Of a stretch of DNA of 32,000 nucleotides, positions 1 through 8,900 are shown in pieces (positions within the stretch are counted from its first letter, which is position 1; every line of letters starts with the position of its first letter). The notes beneath the pieces are model-generated. The model saw only the letters and a program-made list of their open reading frames with translations, did not search any database and was not told the DNA's origin. Both the position numbers and the translations under genes were made by a program. The DNA is taken from assembly GCA_900065925.1 (NCBI GenBank), contig LN890280.1, positions 146,451-178,450 of the forward strand, in the 5' to 3' direction. The stretch is from Nitrosotalea devaniterrae. GTDB taxonomy: Archaea; Thermoproteota; Nitrososphaeria; Nitrososphaerales; Nitrosopumilaceae.

Positions 1-807
1 CCATTCCACAAGCTTGACTATGCCGTCTCTGTCAAGTGCCGCTTCATAATCTTCTCCCTTTAAGCTCCTGTCATGGGTGACATGTTTTTCTATTAGATTA
101 GAGCCTGCTACTATTCCTGCAATTGGAACAATCAGGGCTAATTCGGAATCGCCATCTGTGTGGTCTGCCATTCCTGCGGGTAGACCAAATGTATTCTGTA
201 GTGTCTTGATGTATCCAATCTTTGCATTTTCAATTGATGTGGGATATGTCTGGATTCCATAAAGCAAGCAAATGTCAGAGTTTCCAGATTCTCTAATCCA
301 ACCAATGGCCCTGTCAATCTCACCAATGGAGCATCCTCCAACATTGAGTATGACTGGCTTGCCGTTTTTGGCAATTTTTTTAATCAATTCTTCTTCTGCC
401 ATGCATGAAGGGTGTAACGCATATAGATCAGGTGCTAATGTTGATACAAATTTTTCGCTTGGAATGTCATTGCATAGTGCACTTACCAAAAGTCCCTTTG
501 ACTTGGCATATGGAATTAAAATCTTCCAATCATCTTGTGATAGATTGATCTGTTCAAGATAATCAAACAATGGTTTTGTATTTGATGTAGATGAGCTCTT
601 TCCAACTCCTGCTGTATAATTTCGAACCATGTAATCTGGCATTGATGTGATGTGAAAATTAATTGCGTCTACCTTTGCATCTGCTGCATGATCAATAATT
701 TTTTTGGCCTTGTCTACAGAGCCATCATGACCCCATGCCATCTCTACTATTACAAATGTAGGATGTCCTGCACCAACTATCTTGTCTTTCACATGAACTT
801 CTTTCAT
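1..807 (-). CDS. Nonulosonic (sialic/legionaminic/pseudaminic) acid synthase family protein, NeuB-like. N-terminal part only; it runs off the window edge.
   Basis: My own translation of the minus strand from ATG (complement of 805-807) stays open to position 1, giving 269 codons. It reads MKEVHVKDKIVGAGHPTFVIVEMAWGHDGSVDKAKKIIDHAADAKVDAINFH...GKPVILNVGGCSIGEIDRAI...GMADHTDG. This resembles the NeuB TIM-barrel pattern (AEIGxNHNGS...A..GADAVKFQ). The ORF is absent from the supplied track because it is open-ended. Confidence 0.7.
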   Translation of the reverse strand, partial: MKEVHVKDKIVGAGHPTFVIVEMAWGHDGSVDKAKKIIDHAADAKVDAINFHITSMPDYMVRNYTAGVGKSSSTSNTKPLFDYLEQINLSQDDWKILIPYAKSKGLLVSALCNDIPSEKFVSTLAPDLYALHPSCMAEEELIKKIAKNGKPVILNVGGCSIGEIDRAIGWIRESGNSDICLLYGIQTYPTSIENAKIGYIKTLQNTFGLPAGMADHTDGDSELALIVPIAGIVAGSNLIEKHVTHDRSLKGEDYEAALDRDGIVKLVEW

Positions 808-910
808 GTTTCACTTTCAATCAGCCATGTATTTGATTATTAACATTGTGAATTAACTGATACTTGATTCTGCTTGCATGGACGAATCATCACTGAAAAA
901 TACATGGCAT

Positions 911-921
911 GCTTAAATAAG
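911..921 (+). promoter_or_regulatory. TATA-like box (gcTTAAATaag) for the methyltransferase gene
   Basis: TTAAAT element centred about 26 nt upstream of ATG 942. The geometry fits an archaeal promoter giving a leaderless or near-leaderless mRNA. Confidence 0.45.
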
Positions 922-941
922 TCTCAAAACATTTCGCAGTT

Positions 942-1952
942 ATGGTCAGTGCCTCGCGTTCTAGATTGGATGAAATCTATTCGCTTTCAAGCAAGATTAC
1001 CGGCAAAGAATTTGTTGAACTTGTGGCAGGTGGACCTAAAATATTTGAAAAAGCCCTTCACGAATTTACTAAATACATTGACCCCTACACAGGCAAGGTC
1101 AAAAATGAATTTGCAATAATTCGTGACAAGTGTCCTCTCTGTTTTTCAAAAGATTTTGGATATGCATTTACCAAGGATGGCTTTGATCATATGATTTGCA
1201 ATTCATGTGACATGATATTCACATTACAAATACTTGACAATGACAAGACCAAGTATCTTGAGGAGGGCGAAGAAGGTGACGCTTATGGTGAAATAAAAGA
1301 AAAGCCAGCGATAAGTGAAAATGACAAGAAAAAATATGAAATTGTTTTTGAAGAAATAGGAAAATATGGCAAGGTCAAGGACATACTGGATATTGGTAGT
1401 CAGATTGGAACTTTTGTGCAATGGGCATCTGACAAGGGATTTAACATAATTGGTCATGAATACCACAATCCACTACGTAAAGTGGCCCAGTCTAGAGGTC
1501 TAACTGTACTAAATGACAATCTGGAAAAAATAACATTTGATAAACAATTTGACTTGATAACCATGTGGGACTATATCGACCATGTAATAGGCCCGCATGA
1601 AGTCATAAAGAATCTAACAAAATATCTAAAAAAAGGTGGACTCTTTTTCTATGCAATCAATAACCGGGACAGTCTTTCTGCAAAAATATTACACCAGTAT
1701 TGCCCTAATTTCATAGGGCCGCATCACACAATGCATTATGGCATTAGTCAACTTCAGAAATTAATGGGTGATGATTTTGAGCTACTAGAATACGAATCTT
1801 ATGTATCGGAACTAAACTGGATTTCCAATTGGATGTCATTCAAAAGCCCATGGTTTGGCGATGCACCGCTTGCATACGAGCTATTTGATCCAAAGAAAAT
1901 TTGTGAGCTTGGAATGGGCATAAAGCTTAATGCAATTTTCAGAAAAAAATAA
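942..1952 (+). CDS. Class I SAM-dependent methyltransferase with N-terminal CxxC...CxxC zinc ribbon
   Basis: 336-aa ORF. CPLCFS...CNSCDMIF forms a zinc ribbon. ILDIGSQIGTF is a motif I-like glycine-rich loop, followed by FDLITMWDYIDHV and GGLFFY (post-I and motif III-like). Confidence 0.75.
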   Translation: MVSASRSRLDEIYSLSSKITGKEFVELVAGGPKIFEKALHEFTKYIDPYTGKVKNEFAIIRDKCPLCFSKDFGYAFTKDGFDHMICNSCDMIFTLQILDNDKTKYLEEGEEGDAYGEIKEKPAISENDKKKYEIVFEEIGKYGKVKDILDIGSQIGTFVQWASDKGFNIIGHEYHNPLRKVAQSRGLTVLNDNLEKITFDKQFDLITMWDYIDHVIGPHEVIKNLTKYLKKGGLFFYAINNRDSLSAKILHQYCPNFIGPHHTMHYGISQLQKLMGDDFELLEYESYVSELNWISNWMSFKSPWFGDAPLAYELFDPKKICELGMGIKLNAIFRKK

Positions 1953-1960
1953 GTTAATTT

Positions 1961-2743
1961 CTAGACGGTAAACTCTTTTGACGTTCCAAGTCCATTGTCC
2001 TTCATGTACAGATCCACTGCATCTTTTGGGTCTCCATAGAACTTGACCTTTCCTTTATCCAAATACAATGCCTTGCTACAATGTTTTAGTACGAAAAACA
2101 TGTCATGGGTTGCTATGATTGCACCCTTTGAACCAAGAGCAATCTCCTTCATCCTCTTTGATGCCTTGTCTCTGAAGGTAATGTCTCCTGCGCCAAGTAA
2201 TTCATCGAGCAACAGAAATTCAGGCTTGATTGAGGTGGCGATTGTAAAGGACAGTCTTGATAGCATTCCATCCGAATAATAGCGAATGGGCCTGTCGATG
2301 TGCTCCCCAAGTCCTGAAAACTCTACCATCGCATCAAAATTCTTTTTTATCTCGTCTATAGAATGGCCAAGATACAAACTTCCAAGTATGATATTTTCCC
2401 TGCCGCTGAGTTGTTCTCTGGTGCCAATTCCTGATGACAGTAAATGACATGTGGTGTTTATCGTCACTGTTCCTTTATCTGGTTGCAAGATCTCTGCAAC
2501 CACCCTGAGCAAGGTGGATTTTCCAGCCCCATTGTTTCCAATTAATCCTAGGATTTCTCCATGTTTTACTGAAAAGGAGACATTTTGCAAGGCCCAAAAA
2601 TATTTTGCGTCATTTTTTTTCTTTGATAACTTGCGGTCCCATAAATCTGCAAGTGTTGGAATGGGATTTCCTGTAGAAAATTTAACCCATATATCATTGC
2701 AGTTGATCAATTCATTATTTTCAAGTTTTGTCCCAAGTTCCAT
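1961..2743 (-). CDS. ABC transporter ATP-binding protein, polysaccharide/teichoic-acid export type (Wzt/TagH-like, no C-terminal glycan-binding domain)
   Basis: Walker A GNNGAGKST, signature-like YSDGMLSRL, Walker B FLLLDELLGAGD, H-loop ATHD. The stop of the permease gene (2746) lies 2 nt from this gene's start (2743). Confidence 0.9.
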   Translation of the reverse strand: MELGTKLENNELINCNDIWVKFSTGNPIPTLADLWDRKLSKKKNDAKYFWALQNVSFSVKHGEILGLIGNNGAGKSTLLRVVAEILQPDKGTVTINTTCHLLSSGIGTREQLSGRENIILGSLYLGHSIDEIKKNFDAMVEFSGLGEHIDRPIRYYSDGMLSRLSFTIATSIKPEFLLLDELLGAGDITFRDKASKRMKEIALGSKGAIIATHDMFFVLKHCSKALYLDKGKVKFYGDPKDAVDLYMKDNGLGTSKEFTV

Positions 2744-2745
2744 TC

Positions 2746-3552
2746 CTATAACCTCTTGTAGAATTCTCCACGGCCCTTTTGCAATGCCCTAAGTCCAAGT
2801 AATGCAAGTGGGACAAATACTGCAAACCAAATTCCTATGTTGATTAAATTGGGTGGTGTACCATAAATTAAGATATTTCTCCATGCGGGAAATATTGTTG
2901 CAAATGGATTGATCTGGTATAGCCACTGCCAATTGACTGGAACCAAGTTTTCAGAATAAATTCCAGGTGACGCAAAAAACCAGACCTGGATGAACATCCA
3001 TAGTATCTGCCCGAGGTCTCTGAACAAAAGGCCATATTTTGCAAAAAATGTTACCAAGCTTATTGTCATAAAAAATTGCAAGAGAACAAGTAGAGGTAAA
3101 TAGGCAATGTTTTCTGTCACATGCACTCCTGATACCAGCGCCCCGCCTATGATTACAAGCAAGCCAAATCCAAAGAACATCAGTTCTGTAATCACATTGG
3201 AAAAAATTAGGGGCAAGAGGGGAAGATTTGTTCTTTTGAGCTCAGTTTGAAAGCTTAACAATAAACCCGGCGCATTCTCCAATGACCTTGAAAACCACCT
3301 CCAGATCAATGTCACCATTATGATTATGATCACTTGGTGCTCGCCAAATGTCTGCTTGAATAAAATTGTGGTAAAAAACACAAAGACTGTTGACATCAGC
3401 AAGGGCTCCAGGAACCACCATAGTGGACCAAGTGCTTTCTGGAAATGTTTTTGCTTGAACTCTGCCTTTACCTGATACCAGATTAATTCTCGATATTTGA
3501 AAAATTCTATAATGGGACTGACAAAGGAATTGCGCATGCAGCCATTGGCCAA
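2746..3552 (-). CDS. ABC-2 type transporter permease (Wzm/TagG-like)
   Basis: 268-aa polytopic hydrophobic protein with about 6 helices. It sits directly upstream of, and appears translationally coupled to, the Wzt-like ATPase, which is the typical ABC-2 pair arrangement. Confidence 0.8.
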   Translation of the reverse strand: MANGCMRNSFVSPIIEFFKYRELIWYQVKAEFKQKHFQKALGPLWWFLEPLLMSTVFVFFTTILFKQTFGEHQVIIIIMVTLIWRWFSRSLENAPGLLLSFQTELKRTNLPLLPLIFSNVITELMFFGFGLLVIIGGALVSGVHVTENIAYLPLLVLLQFFMTISLVTFFAKYGLLFRDLGQILWMFIQVWFFASPGIYSENLVPVNWQWLYQINPFATIFPAWRNILIYGTPPNLINIGIWFAVFVPLALLGLRALQKGRGEFYKRL

Positions 3553-3666
3553 AGTCTTGGCTTTATTTCTTTCAAGAAATAATTACATATTTTCTAATCA
3601 TAATGCATCCTAAATTACAAGCATGAGAAAATCGTTTTAAGTACAGCATACTGTGATCATTTCAAA

Positions 3667-4833
3667 ATGCGAATTCTCTATTTCACTCAATTATTCTATC
3701 CAGCACTCTTTGGCGGCGGAGAGTACATCTTTTACCAGTGGGCTGCAGACTTGGCAAATAAAGGCCATGAAGTACATGTAATCACACAAAATTTGGATGG
3801 GGCAAAGTCATATGAAAACCACAGGGGGATGCACATCTATCGCGTAGGCTCTACACTAAACCCAACAGGCACGCTGCCAATTGGGATTATTTCAAACCTG
3901 ACATTTCTTGTCAGGTCATTCTTTCTGGGAGTCAAAGTATCAAGAAAATCCAAGATTGACGTGATTCACTCAAACACCTATGTTCCTGTGTTGTCTGCCC
4001 AGTTGTGCTCAAGTCTATTGCAGATACCTCATATCGCAACTATCCATGATGTTTACCGTACATCGCAAAAAGATTTCTGGAAGACCTGGTCTAACCAGAC
4101 AGGCGTCTCAAAATCAATGGCCTTTCTGGGACCACTGATGGAAAAACTTGTCACAAAGATGCCAGTATCGACATTTCATACTGTAAGTGAGAAAAGCAAG
4201 CAGGACCTCGAGTCCCTTGGAGTATCAAAAGTTGTAGTCATCCCAAATGGAATCAATCCAGATGACTATCAAGTCAGTGGTACCGCAAAAAAGAATCAGG
4301 CAATCTTTATCGGAAGATTGGTTTTTTACAAAAACCTTGATGTTCTAATCAATGCATTTGCAAAGATAATTGAAAAAATTCCTGACGCCAGGCTTGTAAT
4401 TGTTGGAAATGGTCCGCAAAGAAATCATCTTGAACAATTAGTAGAGAGCCTTGGATTGAAAAACAGCATATCCTTTACTGGTATGATATCTGATGCAGAA
4501 AAAATTCGATTAATATCCGAATCCAAAGTACTGCTAAACCCAAGCTTGGTAGAGGGATTTGGCATTGTAGTCCTAGAAGGCTTTGCATGCGGCAAGCCTG
4601 TCATAACATCTGACTCTAAGCCTCTCTCAGATCTGATAGATGATGGACTAGATGGTTATGTTATACCTGCAACAGACACAAATTCCTGGGCTGAAAAAAT
4701 AATAGAGTTACTCTCCGATGGTTCCAAGTGTACAAAAATGGGTATGCAAGGAAAGAAAAAAGTGGCTGAAAAATATTCTATATCAAAACTAGGTGATGAT
4801 ATGGCATCATTATACAAGCAGGTAATAAAATAA
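3667..4833 (+). CDS. Glycosyltransferase family 4 (GT-B, retaining type)
   Basis: 388 aa. E-x7-E motif EGFGIVVLE followed by GKPVITSD. N-terminal GGGEY-type GT4 start (FGGGEYIF). Confidence 0.85.
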   Translation: MRILYFTQLFYPALFGGGEYIFYQWAADLANKGHEVHVITQNLDGAKSYENHRGMHIYRVGSTLNPTGTLPIGIISNLTFLVRSFFLGVKVSRKSKIDVIHSNTYVPVLSAQLCSSLLQIPHIATIHDVYRTSQKDFWKTWSNQTGVSKSMAFLGPLMEKLVTKMPVSTFHTVSEKSKQDLESLGVSKVVVIPNGINPDDYQVSGTAKKNQAIFIGRLVFYKNLDVLINAFAKIIEKIPDARLVIVGNGPQRNHLEQLVESLGLKNSISFTGMISDAEKIRLISESKVLLNPSLVEGFGIVVLEGFACGKPVITSDSKPLSDLIDDGLDGYVIPATDTNSWAEKIIELLSDGSKCTKMGMQGKKKVAEKYSISKLGDDMASLYKQVIK

Positions 4834-4912
4834 TCAAACAAGTCTTCATTGGTGGTTATCGTATATATCAAACCACAAACTACATTAAAAGAGAATTTCA
4901 AGCATACAAATA

Positions 4913-5788
4913 ATGAAACTTGTCTGCATTCCGGCATACAACGAAGAAAAAATCATAGGGGATATAATAAAAAAATCCCTGCAATATGCAGACAAGGTAA
5001 TAGTATGCGATGACGGCTCTGCTGATAATACTGCAAAGATTGCAAGAGAGTCAGGAGCACAGGTGATATCGCACAAAAAAAATCAAGGCTATGGTGCTGC
5101 GATTATTACACTATTTGATGCAGCAAGAAAAGAAAATTCTGATATCATGATTACAATTGACGGAGACGGACAGCATGATCCAGAACAAATTCCAATTTTG
5201 ATAAACACATTGCAAGAAAATAACGTAGATGTAGTAATTGGTTCAAGGTTTCTTGACGGAAAGTCTGAAACCCCGGGATACAGAAAACGTGGAATCAAGA
5301 TAATAACATCTACTGCAAACTTTGGAGCAGACTTTAAAGTAACTGATTCCCAGTCGGGATTTCGGGCATACTCAAAAAAAGCAATCGAATCAATCCATCC
5401 TACTGAAACAGGGATGGCAGTATCTACTGAAATTTTACTTAAAATATCAAACAAGGGACTTAGTTTGGCCGAAGTCCCAATTTCAATATCATATGGAAAT
5501 GATACTTCCACACAAAATCCCGTACCGCATGGAATTGCAGTCTTGATGAGCACTTTGAAATTTATTTCAGTCAAGCACCCAATTCCATTTTACGGCTTTC
5601 CGGGAATGGCACTTGTAATTGCAGGATCCATTATGGGCTACCAATTCCTAGATGTGTATCTTCATAGCCACATTGCACTTTTAGGCTCTCTTTTTGCAGC
5701 CATATTGTTGTTTTTGGTGGGAACAATTCTATGTGTTACTGCCGTGATATTGTTTTCAATGGCTACGCTAATTCGTGAAAAAAATTGA
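4913..5788 (+). CDS. Glycosyltransferase family 2, dolichyl-phosphate hexose synthase-like (Dpm1/AglD-like) with C-terminal TM helices
   Basis: IPAYNEE, CDDGSADNT and DGDGQHDP motifs typical of Dpm1-like GT2 enzymes. Two C-terminal hydrophobic helices are present. Confidence 0.85.
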   Translation: MKLVCIPAYNEEKIIGDIIKKSLQYADKVIVCDDGSADNTAKIARESGAQVISHKKNQGYGAAIITLFDAARKENSDIMITIDGDGQHDPEQIPILINTLQENNVDVVIGSRFLDGKSETPGYRKRGIKIITSTANFGADFKVTDSQSGFRAYSKKAIESIHPTETGMAVSTEILLKISNKGLSLAEVPISISYGNDTSTQNPVPHGIAVLMSTLKFISVKHPIPFYGFPGMALVIAGSIMGYQFLDVYLHSHIALLGSLFAAILLFLVGTILCVTAVILFSMATLIREKN

Positions 5789-5924
5789 AAGATCTTGGTA
5801 GATCACAAAAAAAGAGCCAAATTTGTAAGTTCTTTATTGTACCATTACACATTTTTCATAAATCTGCCTCATGATATACAAATAAACTAAATCTAGCTAA
5901 AAAAATGAACAATTCGTCCATTAT

Positions 5925-5935
5925 GCTTATATATC
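5925..5935 (+). promoter_or_regulatory. TATA box (gcTTATATATc) of the large surface protein gene
   Basis: Strong TATA element about 33 nt upstream of ATG 5963, within a 174-bp AT-rich intergenic region. Confidence 0.5.
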
Positions 5936-5962
5936 AATTTCAGACCAAAAATTACAATAACT

Positions 5963-8900
5963 ATGTACAACAATACATTACGAAAAATAACTAGTCTAAC
6001 ACTACTAACAATACTCTTGTCAAGCTCTGCTGTATTTGCAATGCCAAACGCATTGCCATCAGCACATGCTTCGACAAACGCAAACTTGTTTGTCTCTGCT
6101 GAAAATTCCCAGTGGAATAACTACTTTGCCGGTCCTCAAGTTATCCAAGTAATCGTGGCTGATCCTGATATAAACAGATTAGACCAGGGCTATGGAGAAC
6201 CTACAGTAACCGTCAACGGTAAGAAACTGAGAATGGCACAGAACACAGACGGTAACTGGTATGGATACTTTGCGGATAGTAAGCAAGCACAAACTGCTGA
6301 TTCTACAGTGCAAAACACTGTGGCAGGTAAAGGATTGGACTTCGGTTCATTCTGTTCTGCAACATCAGCAAAAATCGCAACCGGTGTTGATTTCTCTGAA
6401 ACAAAGGGAGTCGCAATAGCTGATCAGGTATACTCTTCTACCACTTTATCCACGGGTAACGCCTTGGGATCAAACGGTACACAGACTCCTGGTGCAACTG
6501 TTTCCACCGATTGTGGTGCTGGCGGTGTTTTGACTGTAGCTGATCCTGCAAAGGAAGCTCAGACAAAGTACAACCACGTCATAAGAGAAAATAAGACACT
6601 CACCCAGGCAAAAACTGGTGTGACATACGGTCAAATTGGTTTCATAAACTCCAATGCATGGCCAGTAGTCCAACTCTATGACTTTGCTTCATTACCAAGT
6701 GTAGTGACAGTTGACTATCACAAGGCTGGCGGCGATCAAGTCGTAAATCTGACATTCGATAGAATTCCAGATGGCTTGCTTAGCACAACAGTCGATAGAT
6801 CTGCTTATCCACAAAACACACAAGTATTCTTACAAGTAAATGATCCACAGCTAAACATTGACCCAACCGAGGAAGATTCATGGACATGGGCTACAAATTC
6901 ATCTAATCCAGGTGTATTTTACCAATTGTTCAACCGAAACGGTGGAGTTGATGCAGACGGTACCACAGGTGCACAAAACCTAATTGGTAACCTCACATCA
7001 CTCATGTTCAATCACAACGGCAAGTTGACTGTAACCCCACAGGCACAGTCACAACGTGTGATCGACTTCCAGAAAAACGGTAAGGATACTCTAACCAGTG
7101 TTTCACAAAGAGGAAGTCCAGCGACATTGACTACTGCTTCATTAGGAGCAAATACATTGCCGTTGACCCTCATTGAATCTGGCGGAGTAAACGTGGGTAC
7201 ATTTGGAAGCTGGGACGGTGCAAAAACATCTGAGATAATTACAGTAGACAATGCAAATATCAGAGGACAATCTGCAGTTGTAAGATACAACGACAGAGAC
7301 CTCAGCCTTGTCGGAGGATTTTCATTTGCTTCAATCGCCCAGTCACCACTCAATGGTACATGGGCAGGCGGACAAAGAATCCCTGTAACAGTAACTGATG
7401 CTGATTCTAACAAGAACGGCAGAATTACTGAACATCTCAACTTCTACGATCCAAACTATAAGAGAATATCAACAATGAAAATTGGTACTCCATTTACACT
7501 ATCTCAGGCTGGTGCAGCCAAGATCACAGCCTTCCTTACAGGAAGTTACTTGAATCTTGTCCACACCACTACTCAGGGTGTATACACATATGAAGGCTTG
7601 AGCCATGCCGCATCTGGAAACGCATCAATGGCAGCTTCTGCCAATCTTGCTGAAGATGAAGGATTTAGCGCAAGACCAATTCTAAAGTTGACTAACTCTA
7701 CAGCTGGTAACGTAGGAATACCCAACGGAGGTACATTGTTTATTGACTTGAATGTGACTGCAGGTAAGTTACAATCAATAATAAACAACCCAGTTGGTGC
7801 TGCATCCTCCACAAAGTTCAAGGGATTTGATTTCCTGAACTATGACTTGAGATCATTTGGTTCTCTTAACAACGTAACTGGCTCTAGCATTTCTAACGCT
7901 ACAATCTACTTGGTAGAGCAAACAGCTGCTAACCATCAGATTTTAGATCCAGCACAGAATAAGCTTATCAAAACAGGCTCATTCAAGCTGTACTCGTTAG
8001 CAAACGTAACCTCACTACAAGGATTTGTGAACCTTAACGGAACACAGACCACAATAGGCGGTTCAGCCAGTAACGATGCAAAGGTAACCTTGAATAATAT
8101 ATTCAATACCGTGGTTTCAACTCACAACATCGGTATAGCTATCCAATTTAGAACAGTCGGTAACCTTGCTTCTGGAGTAGTAACAATCAACCCAGCTGGA
8201 GAACCAGTTGCAGTTGACTTCTTCTCCATTGGTACAATAGGTGACGGATTGACAAATGATCAAAGGGTTAACAATGCAATCTACAGATTTGAACTTGAAG
8301 AATCCGGTGATAACACTGGAGTCTTTACTGGTACAAATCAGTATGTTATGCTCAACCAGTTGAACATCTACAATCCAACTACTTATTCTACATTGAGACC
8401 TATACAACATGATGTGAAATTTGCTGCAATAACTGATATGCTCCAGGCAGAAGCCCGTGCTCCACAGGTCACATACTTTGACCTCGGACAAGACGGTGTG
8501 AATACACAGATATCTGCACAAACAGATATCCCAACACACACTGGTGTAGTATCATTTGATAGCAAGACATACAAGATTGGTGACACTGTAACAATTACAC
8601 TAAGCGATGCAGACCTTAACGTTGACAATGACCTAGTCGACATCTACACAGCGGTTACTCCAGTATATTCTGCTGCCACAACAACAGGAAATGCTGATGA
8701 CCAAAGACAAGACCCAGCAACCGATACAATCGGTACAGCAGGTCTTGGATCTTACCTCAATGGCCAAACAGCCATCGGTAGATTGCTAGATGTACAATTT
8801 GGTCAACAAAACGTTAGATGGTCTAATTCCAAGATTAACGGTACAACAACTAACACTGCTCACTGCTTCACCGCAGAATCTAACGGTGCAACAGCCAACG

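Noticed and set aside
77-843. Plus-strand ORFs 77-262, 272-562 and 652-843, and minus-strand ORF 138-374
   Set aside because: They overlap the minus-strand frame that I translated into a continuous 269-codon NeuB-like protein with clear family motifs. Their own translations look random.
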